From contig JAJFLZ010000048.1 of the NCBI GenBank assembly GCA_021772435.1, forward strand, positions 15,449-79,448: a stretch of DNA of 64,000 bases, written 5' to 3'. Numbering within the stretch: position 1 is the stretch's first letter; each line of letters starts with the position of its first letter. Made by a program: the position numbers and the translations under genes. The notes under the pieces are model-generated. The model was given only the letters and a program-made list of their open reading frames with translations. It searched no databases and was not told the DNA's origin. Of this stretch, positions 1-9,120 are shown in pieces. The DNA is from Chlamydiota bacterium (GTDB lineage Bacteria > Chlamydiota > Chlamydiia > Chlamydiales > JACKPQ01).

Positions 1-494
1 TTTGTTACAACGCTCAGAATACTGTGGTAACCATCGACGTGAGCTTTTTCATGTGCTAAGCAAAAATCCACACCGTCAACATCCATCTCTTCGCTAAAGC
101 AAATTGTGTTATTCGGAAGCGTCATATGTTGCTCTTTGCTATACAAACTATTTGAGTTGATGACTTTTAATTTGTAATTTGGGTTTTTGTTTGCCCAGTC
201 GCGCAACTTAGGTAAGAGTTTTTTGATTTTTTCTTGTTTTTCAGGTGTGTCGAATGCTTCTAAAATTTTAGATTCCTCTTCTGTAACAGAGATAGCTACG
301 TTGCTTGTATGAAATATGCTAGTCCCAAAAGATATAGGTGTCATAATTGCGTTAAAAGGCATTACAATCGGGCCGCCAATGATCGCCCCGATTAGGATAT
401 TTAATCTGCTAGGGTTGTTTTTTGTCTCTAAATTTGTTGTTACGTCTGAAAAGAATTTATAAGTTTCTAGCGGCGGGTTATTAACTTGAGTCAT
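1..494 (-). CDS. hypothetical protein, N-terminal part only (gene runs off window start); HExxH metalloprotease-like motif
   Basis: I translated the minus strand by hand from the ATG at 494, which follows AGGAGG plus a 5-nt spacer. The frame has no stop down to position 1: MTQVNNPPLETYKFFSD...FCLAHEKAHVDGYHS. It is missing from the ORF track because it has no stop inside the window. Confidence 0.5.
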   Translation of the reverse strand, partial: MTQVNNPPLETYKFFSDVTTNLETKNNPSRLNILIGAIIGGPIVMPFNAIMTPISFGTSIFHTSNVAISVTEEESKILEAFDTPEKQEKIKKLLPKLRDWANKNPNYKLKVINSNSLYSKEQHMTLPNNTICFSEEMDVDGVDFCLAHEKAHVDGYHSILSVVT

Positions 495-546
495 CTTGTC
501 CTCCTAAGTTTAAGAATGTGCTAAGCCTATCAGTGATGTGTTTTTT

Positions 547-2121
547 TTAACTAGTTTTAAATTCAGAAAAATTTGCACGTGCAAGATCTTCAACTGAAAG
601 CTTGTAGCGATAGGTCCAGTTGGAGCTAAGGATTGTGCCGGGACGGTTGATGCGCTCATCTTCGGGATCGGTGGAAGTTAGGTCGCCGGTACATGCTAGA
701 TATTCGTTTAGGAGGTTGATGTGGAAGAGCGTTGGGGTCTGATGAGAGAGTTTAATAAACTTTTTTTGAGTCTCGGAAGTGAATTCAGGCGTGTAGGTCC
801 AGCCAAGCATGTCACAAAAATCTTTAGCATCGGATGGGTAGGTTTGCCACCAGCCCTTGATGGGAAGGAGGTCGTGAGAGGAGAGGCTAGTTAAGTTAAC
901 AGGGTCGTAGTCTTCAAGGGGTATGTAGGGGCCGTGGCCTTTGTCTTCTCGCACGTAGCCGATGATACGGGTGCCGGGAATGCCTAGGTTTTCGAGAATT
1001 TTGTCAGCGCCATCTGGCATGATGCCTAGATCTTCTGCGATGGGGAGCATGTCTGAGGCTGCGATCATGTGTGTGAGGACATCGAGTCCTTGGGTGAGGA
1101 CAAGACCTGGATCAGACGGGATGAAGTGGCCTGTGGTTGGCAGCTGTCCTTTTTCCATGGCCCAGATGCGAAAGCACCCGATGACGTGGTCGATGCGGTA
1201 GATGTGGTAGAAGTGAGATGCGTAGTGCAGGCGTGTTTTCCAAAAGGCGTAGTCGCTTTGGCTAATCGCGGGCCAATTGTAGAGAGGGAAGTTCCAGCAC
1301 TGTCCGTCTTTGTTAAATATGTCGGGAGGCGCCCCTGCAACGAGATCGAAGTTGAAAAAGTGAGGCGTGTGCCAACAGTCGACGCTATCGGTGTTGATCA
1401 GAATGGGGATGTCTCCCATGAGTTTAATGTTTTGCCGGTCGGCATAGTCGCGCACTTGCTTGAGCTGTTTGAAGCAGAGGTACTGCAAGGCGCTGTAAAA
1501 TTCGATTTGTTCTTGGTGGTCTTTTGCAATTTTTTTAAGATCTGTATGGCTTAAGGCATGCAAGTTCTCTGGCCATTCTACCCAGGGGCGTTGATCGTTG
1601 TCGTCTTTAAGTGCTCGGTAAAGGGCATACGGCAAAAGCCAGCTATTGCTTTTACAAAAGTCTAAATAATCGTCTTGAATGAGAAGCGATTGTTTGACGC
1701 TTTGGAAGTATTTTTTTAAAAAACCCATTTTGAATTGGTAGACAGCTAGATAATCGACGCGCTTTTCAGGATCGATAGCCGGAGCATTGCTTAGGTCTTT
1801 TTCTAGAATGGAATGCGTGTCTAAAAAGGGGAGTTTGCGCAGGGATAGATAGATGGGGTGCAACGCGGTGGAGGATAAGGCGCTGTATGGTGAGCTGACT
1901 GCACCTGTATCGTTGACAGGAAGAATTTGAATGATGTCAAAGTCGCATTTTTTTGCATAGTCGACCATAGCGAGGAGATCGAGATATTCGCCGCAACCCA
2001 CGCTTTGTTTGGAGTGAATACCCAGCAGCGGAAATAAGAATCCGTGGTGATGTCTGATTCCGATTTTTTGCCAAATGTCTTTGAGGGGCGTTTTGCTTAA
2101 GGCTTTCTCGATTGCTTTCAT
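547..2121 (-). CDS. malQ: 4-alpha-glucanotransferase (amylomaltase, GH77)
   Basis: 524-aa ORF with a GH77-like N-terminus (GIHSKQSVGCGEYLDL, ILPVNDTG) and later RIDHVIG and SSHD segments. It sits next to the T3SS chaperone/copN block, as in Chlamydia. Confidence 0.85.
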   Translation of the reverse strand: MKAIEKALSKTPLKDIWQKIGIRHHHGFLFPLLGIHSKQSVGCGEYLDLLAMVDYAKKCDFDIIQILPVNDTGAVSSPYSALSSTALHPIYLSLRKLPFLDTHSILEKDLSNAPAIDPEKRVDYLAVYQFKMGFLKKYFQSVKQSLLIQDDYLDFCKSNSWLLPYALYRALKDDNDQRPWVEWPENLHALSHTDLKKIAKDHQEQIEFYSALQYLCFKQLKQVRDYADRQNIKLMGDIPILINTDSVDCWHTPHFFNFDLVAGAPPDIFNKDGQCWNFPLYNWPAISQSDYAFWKTRLHYASHFYHIYRIDHVIGCFRIWAMEKGQLPTTGHFIPSDPGLVLTQGLDVLTHMIAASDMLPIAEDLGIMPDGADKILENLGIPGTRIIGYVREDKGHGPYIPLEDYDPVNLTSLSSHDLLPIKGWWQTYPSDAKDFCDMLGWTYTPEFTSETQKKFIKLSHQTPTLFHINLLNEYLACTGDLTSTDPEDERINRPGTILSSNWTYRYKLSVEDLARANFSEFKTS

Positions 2122-3503
2122 GTTTTTGTGTACCGTGTATTGCGCCCAGAAGAGATGCGTTTAATCTGGCCTTGTTTTGCAAGTGTTGAGAGATGGCGGC
2201 TGGCTGTTGATCTGGGCAAGTCAAAGCGTTCCATGACATCGGCTACAGTAATTTCACTTCCATAATCGAATATTTTTAAAATGTGTTCTAAATCTGAGGA
2301 TTTTTGTGTCGGCCCTGCAGCGGTTTCTCTTGGCAAGATACATTTGATATAGTTTTGCCCTTGGATCACTTGAGGTGTTTTGAGGTTTTTTTGTTTGTAG
2401 GTCCTAAATAAGGTAAGTAAACCAGATCCAAGTTTTTCAATGTAACCAGCTTCACGAAACACTTTGCAAATCGCCATGTTGCGAATGTAGGTGGCTCCTG
2501 TCTGAAGATGATCTAAGTCGATAGGTCCAGGGAAGACGCCGGGGCTAAAAATTTCGATGCGGTTATCGTAAATCGCAATTTTTGTAGGTCCTTGAATGTG
2601 GTAATTGCGGTGCACAAGTGCGTTGATGACGACTTCGCGAAGAGCTTCTTCAGGAATTTCGAGTTCTTCTTCTCGCTCAGCATTTTTTATTTTAAACGAG
2701 CGATAGAGCCGTTTTGTGAGGAAGTGCATTGCGTCAGCGTATTGTTGAAAAAGGGTGCCGATGCAGTCTGTTGTGGCAAGGACGTCCCTACCTTCATTTC
2801 CTCTAAAGTGCGTACAGATAATCATGGCTTCAGGAAAGTAGTATTGGGGATCTTGGTTAAAAAGGAGTAAACCTGCAACGGAAGGATATGTTTTTGTGTG
2901 TTCTTCAGCGATGAGGTAGTAGGATTTAAGCGTGTGATAGTTAATGATAGCATCGCCTTTGACTTTTCGTTTCTCTAGAAAACGCTGGATAGCTTCATGA
3001 TCAAGTAGGTCGACATCGGCGTGATAGACGGGTGTGCAATCGTATGAGATGCGTTTTGCTGACCATTTTAGCTCTTCGATCATGTCGGCGTTGGCTCTAA
3101 CTGTATGGTGGCCCATGCGAATGTAGGTGCCTTTTTCTAATCCTTCAGATTTACGGAAATAAGGCTTATTCATGCCCGCGGAAACTTCGATGATAAGGAT
3201 TGTTTTTTCGCCGATGAGCTGAGCGTAAACCCGAGGAATAATGGGAGGGGAACAAGCGTCATAAATCGCTTTATCGATGGCCTCGAGCGATGCTTGCACT
3301 TCTTGCTCTCCAAGACCTGTGATTGTTCCGTTATTGGCTACACCAATAACTAGTTTACCGCCATGTTGGTTGCAGAACCCGATCATCGTTTTCACGATTT
3401 GATCGTCTTTGGGAATAGTCCTTTTAAATTCAAGAACAGAGGACTCAGATTCAGAGTGTTTCATGTATTCTCCGCTTTCCTTCATTTTAGCAAAATGAGT
3501 CAA
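2118..3503 (-). CDS. COG2865-type ATP-binding regulator (AlbA_2/Schlafen-like N-domain, HATPase_c_4-like core, C-terminal wHTH)
   Basis: N-terminus ESSVLEFKR...IGFCNQHGGKLVIGV is typical of the AlbA_2 divergent AAA domain. The C-terminal part ITVADVMERFDLPRSTASRHLSTLAKQGQIKR looks like a winged HTH. The track start at 3503 is TTG. The ATG at 3464, preceded by GGAGAATAC, or the ATG at 3485 is a more likely start. Its stop overlaps the malQ start (ATGA). Confidence 0.7.
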   Translation of the reverse strand: MTHFAKMKESGEYMKHSESESSVLEFKRTIPKDDQIVKTMIGFCNQHGGKLVIGVANNGTITGLGEQEVQASLEAIDKAIYDACSPPIIPRVYAQLIGEKTILIIEVSAGMNKPYFRKSEGLEKGTYIRMGHHTVRANADMIEELKWSAKRISYDCTPVYHADVDLLDHEAIQRFLEKRKVKGDAIINYHTLKSYYLIAEEHTKTYPSVAGLLLFNQDPQYYFPEAMIICTHFRGNEGRDVLATTDCIGTLFQQYADAMHFLTKRLYRSFKIKNAEREEELEIPEEALREVVINALVHRNYHIQGPTKIAIYDNRIEIFSPGVFPGPIDLDHLQTGATYIRNMAICKVFREAGYIEKLGSGLLTLFRTYKQKNLKTPQVIQGQNYIKCILPRETAAGPTQKSSDLEHILKIFDYGSEITVADVMERFDLPRSTASRHLSTLAKQGQIKRISSGRNTRYTKT

Positions 3504-3640
3504 TTTGAGTCAAAAAATGGTATTAAATGACTCAAATTGACTCAGTTGGTCTTTGGTGGTGAGTTAAATGAGTCAAATTAAGTTGTTGTAGATTAATGAT
3601 TTGTGTATTTTATGACACTAATTGACTCAATTGTGAGTCA
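3496..3640. repeat. array of seven TGAGTCA/TGACTCA heptamers, including a perfect 17-bp inverted repeat
   Basis: Copies start at 3496, 3506, 3528, 3538, 3569, 3623 and 3634. TGAGTCAATTTGAGTCA (3496-3512) is the exact reverse complement of 3528-3544. Neighbouring copies are spaced 10-11 bp apart. Confidence 0.9.
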
Positions 3641-4084
3641 ATTAGTGAGGTCGATATTTTGGTCTTTGGTCATGTAGGTTTTGACGGGGGAGGTCTGGCC
3701 AGAGTCAAGGGCGTTTTTCCAGTCGAGGCTTATCGCGAGGAAGTGGGAAAGGTAGTCGGAAAGGGCGTCGATGTGGAGGGCTTTGGTGGCGAGGTAGGAA
3801 AAGAGAACGAGGGTGTTGGTTTGTTTGGCGTAGGCTAGAGTTGCTAGAGGTGGAGGGAATTCGACATTGGCGGCAAGGGCTGCTGCTAAGACTTCTTGCC
3901 GGAATTTTCCGGGTGGTAGCTCAAAGATGGGCGAGACGATGAGGATGTTTTCTTCCGAGGCGTCGGGTTCGATCTGGATGGCGATGTCGTTATCAATGAT
4001 GAATTGACAGGCGCCGTTGGAGTCGACAAGGAGCTCGGTATCCAGTTTTTCAGAGAGTTGGTAGATGATGTCGTAAAAGCTCAT
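3638..4084 (-). CDS. type III secretion chaperone, CesT/SycE-like (Scc1-like)
   Basis: 148-aa acidic protein. Its start overlaps the copN stop (ATGA). It sits immediately downstream of copN, which is the position of scc1 in Chlamydia. Confidence 0.7.
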   Translation of the reverse strand: MSFYDIIYQLSEKLDTELLVDSNGACQFIIDNDIAIQIEPDASEENILIVSPIFELPPGKFRQEVLAAALAANVEFPPPLATLAYAKQTNTLVLFSYLATKALHIDALSDYLSHFLAISLDWKNALDSGQTSPVKTYMTKDQNIDLTN

Positions 4085-5247
4085 TCTTCTTCGTCCTCGT
4101 CATCGAGCTCGTCTTCGAGATCGGATAGGGTTTCGATTAGTGTCATGAGCATGTCTTGGCGGTGTTTTTCGTTTTTGAAAAGGCGAGGGGATACCCCGCG
4201 CATGGCGTCGCGGTATTGAGTGAAGATGATGATCTGGGCGATGATGTCTTCTTTGATGCCAAGGGCTTGTGATAGGCGCAGAATTTTATCAGGCGAGGGG
4301 TAGCGCTCTTTGAGAAGAGAAACTAGAAGCTTGGAGAGGTTTTCAAAGTCCAGATATCGATTTACGGAGAGGGCGTTTTGCTCGTATTGCTGGCGGATGA
4401 TGCGTCCTCTACTTTTGAAGAAACGGTAGACTCCTAGGATGGCTTGCATGTTTTTTGTCTCAGAGACCAGCGTGTGCAATTGACCTTTGCTGATGGATGA
4501 GCCTTTGGCAGTTAGATCGGCGCGCAGCGATTTGAGCATGAATTCTATGGCTTCTTTCATTTTGTCGTAGGTGTATTTTTGAATGAGTTCTTCAAAAAGT
4601 GTCTGCGCATCGCGTGGATTGCCGGTAATGTCGCGGTAAAGGTCGCGCAGCTCACTTGGAGAGGCGAGCTCTGCATGTGATCTGGATACGCCGCCCATGT
4701 TGCGGCCAGCGATGATTTCTCTGCCACGGAGAGAGCGGATGAGGTCTTTGGTGCGCCTTAGGCGTTTGTAGGCAGATGAGCTAGGATGGAGTGTTTCAAG
4801 CAGGTAGTCGAGCGCTTCATCGGCAAGCGATGGATCGGCAAATCGCTTTATGATGATGTCTAATGTTTCTTCTTCTGATTGGGCTTGCTGCACTTCGGCA
4901 TGGAGGCCAAGGAGTTTTGTTGCATCCATCTCCGCGTTGCGTTTTTGGTAGAATTTGGCTAAGGCTTCAGCTTTTGCAAAGATCTCTGTTTTTTCGGTGG
5001 GTGGCGGCGCTTTAGCTTCCTGCGCTTGCTTTTGGGGCGTGTCTTGTTTAGCAGCACCTCGCTTTTGTAGCTCTTTAAAGTATTTTTGGCGGGCGATGAC
5101 ATCTGAGGCTTGCTCAGTTGCGACTTCGCGATAAAGGGCTTTGGATTCTTTTTGGACGATGTTGTGCAGTGCGGTTTTTTTTACGGCAGCTACAAATTGC
5201 GCTTTGCCTGCACCTGAAACGCTTTCTGGTCCTGAAACTTCTGCCAT
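4081..5247 (-). CDS. copN: T3SS gatekeeper SctW (CopN/LcrE/YopN family)
   Basis: 388-aa protein directly downstream of sctV. It has a helical HrpJ/TyeA-like body and an acidic tail (EDELDDEDEEE). Confidence 0.75.
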   Translation of the reverse strand: MAEVSGPESVSGAGKAQFVAAVKKTALHNIVQKESKALYREVATEQASDVIARQKYFKELQKRGAAKQDTPQKQAQEAKAPPPTEKTEIFAKAEALAKFYQKRNAEMDATKLLGLHAEVQQAQSEEETLDIIIKRFADPSLADEALDYLLETLHPSSSAYKRLRRTKDLIRSLRGREIIAGRNMGGVSRSHAELASPSELRDLYRDITGNPRDAQTLFEELIQKYTYDKMKEAIEFMLKSLRADLTAKGSSISKGQLHTLVSETKNMQAILGVYRFFKSRGRIIRQQYEQNALSVNRYLDFENLSKLLVSLLKERYPSPDKILRLSQALGIKEDIIAQIIIFTQYRDAMRGVSPRLFKNEKHRQDMLMTLIETLSDLEDELDDEDEEE

Positions 5248-5250
5248 AGT

Positions 5251-7371
5251 TTACTTTAGCTGTACGCGGCCAAGCGGTTGAATGCGGATTTCTGGGACGA
5301 TCTCCTGGTAGGATACGACCGGTAGTTCGGGGAAATCTCCCTCGATAAGTTTGCGCACAAAACGTCGCACGTCCATGTTGGTGATGATCACAGGTGGCTG
5401 CCCTTCAGGCGGCGTTGGCGTGATGATCTGGCGCATGGAGCCTAAAATGAGACTGACAGAGTCGGGGTCGAGCGCGAGATAGGATCCAGCTGATGTTTGC
5501 TTGATCGCGCCTCTGACCATGTCTTCGATTTCGGGGTCGAGCATGTAAACAGAAAGGGTTGACTGCCCAAGCGAGTATTTGTAGCTGACGTAGCGTTTTA
5601 AGGATGAGCGCACGTATTCGGTGAGCAGCACGGTGTCTTTTTCAGTTTGGGCCCATTCGCTCAGTGATTCCATGATGGTGCGCAGGTCTTTGATGGAAAC
5701 TTGCTCTTGTATTAAGCGTCTGAAAATTTCGGTGAGTTTTTGCAGCGGTACAAGGCGCGTCACTTCTTTTGTAAGGTCAGGATAGGATTTTTCGACGAAT
5801 TCTAAAATACTGCGTACTTCTTGAATGCCGAGGAATTCAGCCGCGTTATGCCTAAAAAAGTGGGATAGATGCAGGATCATCACTTCGAGCGGATTCCAGT
5901 ATTTGATGCCCGATTTTTTCAAGATCTCTTCGTATTTGGCCTCGACCCAAAGCGAGGCTTGACCGATGGCGTTTTTGGATGTGGTGAAAGGTAAATTGTA
6001 GCGGCGCAGGTTTTCTTCAATTTCGTTGGTTAGAAGATAGCCTTTTAGAATTTTTCCGCGCACGATCGGAACTTCGTTTAAAAAGATGTTGTATTCGTCT
6101 TCTTCAAGTGTTGGCGATTCTGTTCTAACGTGTACACCGGGAAAACGAACGCCTAAGTCTTGGTAGAGTGCAGCGCGCATTTTCGGGATCATCTCTTCAA
6201 CAAAGGAGATGCCACCTTTTTGTTTGCGAATTTGATCAGAGAGGTATTTGCCGGTCTCTAAAATAACAGGAAGCGTTAAAGCGTAATCGTCTGTTTCACC
6301 GCGGACCATGGTGTGCCCGTCGACATCGGTTTCAACTGCAGAGCCGCCCGCTGCGATACGCTTAGCATTTTTACGCTCTTTCCAGAGTTTGCGTCCGCTG
6401 ACGCCGCCCACAATGATTGCAACGCTGAAAAAGAGCCAGGTAGGAAACCCGGGGATGAGGCCGAGCATGACTAGGACAACTGTGGCAAGTAAGATCGCTT
6501 TAGGTTGAGCAAAAAGCTGCTGAGTTATGTCTTTTCCAAGATTGGAATCTTTTTTGTCACTTGTCACACGGGTGGTGACAATACCGGCAGAGAGGGAAAT
6601 CATGAGCGACGGGATTTGTGAGACAAGACCCGTACCGATAGAGAGTAGAGTGTAGATTTGCGCTGATTGCAAGGCAGTCATGCCGTGGACGGTCATTCCA
6701 ATGATCAAGCCGCCGATGATGTTGATGGCTGCAATGACGATACCAGCAATAACATCCCCTTTTACGAATTTCATGGCACCATCCATGGCACCGTAGAGCT
6801 GACTCTCTTTTTGCAGCTGCAGGCGCATCTCGCGACCTTTATTTGCGTCGATGACTCCTGCGCGCATGTCTGCATCGATGCTCATTTGTTTACCAGGCAT
6901 CGCATCGAGGGTAAAACGAGCTGCAACCTCAGCCACGCGCTCGGCACCTTTTGTCACGACGATGAATTGGACGATGGTGATGATTAAGAAGATGACACCA
7001 CCGACAATAAAGCTACCACCCACAACATATTCACCAAACGTGTGGATAATTTCTCCTGCATCAGCGTGAAGCAAGATTTGTCTTGTCGCAGAAATCTCAA
7101 TCCCTAAGCGAAAGAGCGTCGTGATAAGGAGAACGGAGGGAAAGATGGAGAGCTGCGTTGCTTTAGCAATGTAGAGCGCCACCATCAAGATGGCAACGGA
7201 CGCGGTTAAGTTAACGGCAACTAAAAAATCGATGATTTCAGGAGAGATCGGAATAATGATAACCATGATGATGGTGATCACAAAGAACGCTAAGATGACA
7301 TCTGTCGATCCTGAAAGAAGGTTCATGATGCGGTTGCTTGCAAGTCCGCGTGTGAGTTTATTTGTTGCCAT
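5251..7371 (-). CDS. sctV: T3SS export gate protein SctV (CdsV/LcrD, FHIPEP family)
   Basis: 706 aa with a multi-TM N-terminal half carrying FHIPEP signatures (MPGKQMSIDADMRAG, FVKGD) and a large cytoplasmic C-domain. Confidence 0.95.
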   Translation of the reverse strand: MATNKLTRGLASNRIMNLLSGSTDVILAFFVITIIMVIIIPISPEIIDFLVAVNLTASVAILMVALYIAKATQLSIFPSVLLITTLFRLGIEISATRQILLHADAGEIIHTFGEYVVGGSFIVGGVIFLIITIVQFIVVTKGAERVAEVAARFTLDAMPGKQMSIDADMRAGVIDANKGREMRLQLQKESQLYGAMDGAMKFVKGDVIAGIVIAAINIIGGLIIGMTVHGMTALQSAQIYTLLSIGTGLVSQIPSLMISLSAGIVTTRVTSDKKDSNLGKDITQQLFAQPKAILLATVVLVMLGLIPGFPTWLFFSVAIIVGGVSGRKLWKERKNAKRIAAGGSAVETDVDGHTMVRGETDDYALTLPVILETGKYLSDQIRKQKGGISFVEEMIPKMRAALYQDLGVRFPGVHVRTESPTLEEDEYNIFLNEVPIVRGKILKGYLLTNEIEENLRRYNLPFTTSKNAIGQASLWVEAKYEEILKKSGIKYWNPLEVMILHLSHFFRHNAAEFLGIQEVRSILEFVEKSYPDLTKEVTRLVPLQKLTEIFRRLIQEQVSIKDLRTIMESLSEWAQTEKDTVLLTEYVRSSLKRYVSYKYSLGQSTLSVYMLDPEIEDMVRGAIKQTSAGSYLALDPDSVSLILGSMRQIITPTPPEGQPPVIITNMDVRRFVRKLIEGDFPELPVVSYQEIVPEIRIQPLGRVQLK

Positions 7372-7374
7372 TTT

Positions 7375-8457
7375 TCATTGCTCCAAAATTTCGGTGTATT
7401 CTTTTTCTCGATCTTCGAGGGCTCCCACCCATTTCATTACCTCTGCTACCGCTGTATAGACCTCGTCGTCTTGCGGGATAAAATTGCCTTGCTTTCCCTG
7501 ATTCCACAATGTCTGCGCTAGCAGCGGATTGCGGAAAATCGGAATATCGTAGTTGACGGCAATTTTTATCATGTTCTCTGCCGCTACGCCTTTACCCATC
7601 GTCAAGATTTTCGGCGCGGGCATATCTTCTGGGTCGTACTCAAGCGCCACAGCGATGTGGGTTGGGTTTGTAACCACAGCCTTGGCTCGCATCGTTGCTT
7701 GTGGACCTTCCTGGTAGGCGACCTCTCTGGCGATTTCCTTGCGCTTGCCCTTGATATGGGGGTCACCCTCAGTATCCTTCATCTCTTGTTTAACCTCAAA
7801 TTTTTCCATTTTCATTTCTTTTGAAAACTGTTTTTTTTGAAAAATGAGGTCGAAAATAGCAATGCTAATAAAAAATATTCCGACACGAATTAAAACTTTA
7901 ATTAAAAAATCGTTGAAGACACCCAAAGTGACCGTTATTGGCAGGCCGGCTGTTGCGATGATGTCAGATAAGCTGGTTTTCATCACAGAATAAATCAAAA
8001 TACAAGCGATCGCAATTTTCAATACTGATTTTAAAAGTTCAAATAACGTCTTGAGTTTGAACTTATTTTTAATTCCATCGACGGGATTTAAACGTTTAAA
8101 ATCAAATTTCATCGCTTGCATGGAAAACATGGGGCCGATGATCAAAAAGTTGACTAGCACGCCAACGGAGACGACAATAACTAAAAGCGGAAGGGTCGTG
8201 CTCATGATCATCTCGATGGCATAGGTCATATAACCGGCTGCCTGCTGTCTTAAATCGACTTTTGCTGGGATTGAGCGAAACATTGCAATCATGTAGCTGC
8301 CCAATTGCTCAAAGAAAAAATGAGCCATGATCAGCGTCGTTGCAATCGATACGATAAACGTAAACGCTGAAGGAAAATCTTGTGATTTAGCGACCTGCCC
8401 CTTTTTTCTTGCATCACGCAATTTTTTCGGGGTGGCCTGTTCGGTTTTTTCTGCCAT
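7375..8457 (-). CDS. sctU: T3SS autoprotease/substrate switch SctU (CdsU/YscU)
   Basis: 360 aa. N-terminus MAEKTEQATPKKLRDARKKGQVAKSQD, four TM segments and the NPTH autocleavage motif (VVTNPTHIAVAL). Confidence 0.95.
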   Translation of the reverse strand: MAEKTEQATPKKLRDARKKGQVAKSQDFPSAFTFIVSIATTLIMAHFFFEQLGSYMIAMFRSIPAKVDLRQQAAGYMTYAIEMIMSTTLPLLVIVVSVGVLVNFLIIGPMFSMQAMKFDFKRLNPVDGIKNKFKLKTLFELLKSVLKIAIACILIYSVMKTSLSDIIATAGLPITVTLGVFNDFLIKVLIRVGIFFISIAIFDLIFQKKQFSKEMKMEKFEVKQEMKDTEGDPHIKGKRKEIAREVAYQEGPQATMRAKAVVTNPTHIAVALEYDPEDMPAPKILTMGKGVAAENMIKIAVNYDIPIFRNPLLAQTLWNQGKQGNFIPQDDEVYTAVAEVMKWVGALEDREKEYTEILEQ

Positions 8458-8556
8458 CCACCGTCCATTTTAGCTCTTACAACATTCTCTAGCAAGGGCA
8501 AACAATCGCTTGCTTTTATTTATCCTTCACATCAAAATCGCATGCTAAAAGGAGTT

Positions 8557-9120
8557 ATGATGTTCGTTTCAAGCGCAACTGAAAAGCCATCTAATCAGGG
8601 TGGACAACCACAGAAGAACCAGCCCAAAACGCGTAACATTGCTAGGTCATTATTCGGAAAATCGCCAAAGCATAGAGGCCTTGTGGATAAAAAAAGTCCT
8701 AGTGATGTTGAAATTTTAACTCCGTACAAACAAAGTAATACAGCTGTGGGAGAAGAGTCTCCATCAGCACGTATTATTGCTAGCTTAGAGAGTGAGATTG
8801 ACACTTTCCAGGGTCACTACAGTCCTATTGGTAAACTGCCTACTGCCCAGGATGAAGATAATTTAGATGAGCTGGCTGAAGTGTTATACCCAAAACGGCA
8901 GCCAAAGCATGCAAATGGGTCTTTACAAGGTTTATTTGATCAATATGTTCAGCCAGAGCAAAATGCTCCAGAAGATTTAGAGCCGGTGACTCCTCCCCAA
9001 AGAGCCAAGATTAGAGCAGATAAAGAGCTACCTAATACTCACGATTTGTCACATCTTCTTAAAGATTTAGGTATTGAAGAGTCAAAGAGTGAGCAACTAG
9101 ACAGGCTTTTGGATACTTAA
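8557..9120 (+). CDS. hypothetical hydrophilic protein
   Basis: ORF track 8542..9120. The ATG at 8557 follows AAGGAG. The sequence is Q/P/K/E-rich with no hydrophobic segment and no motif I recognise. It is divergent from sctU. Confidence 0.5.
   Translation: MMFVSSATEKPSNQGGQPQKNQPKTRNIARSLFGKSPKHRGLVDKKSPSDVEILTPYKQSNTAVGEESPSARIIASLESEIDTFQGHYSPIGKLPTAQDEDNLDELAEVLYPKRQPKHANGSLQGLFDQYVQPEQNAPEDLEPVTPPQRAKIRADKELPNTHDLSHLLKDLGIEESKSEQLDRLLDT

Noticed and set aside
1065-1554. ORFs antisense to or off-frame within malQ (962..1201 +, 1069..1554 +, 1065..1340 -).
   Set aside because: They are fully embedded in the well-supported GH77 reading frame, with no independent motifs or RBS.
8683-8691. 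Perfect DnaA-box sequence TGTGGATAA, and the strand switch at ~21.7-22.0 kb as a possible origin.
   Set aside because: It is a single box inside a coding region. No cluster of boxes or AT-rich unwinding element lies next to it, and I found no dnaA or dnaN nearby. There is not enough evidence to call an oriC.
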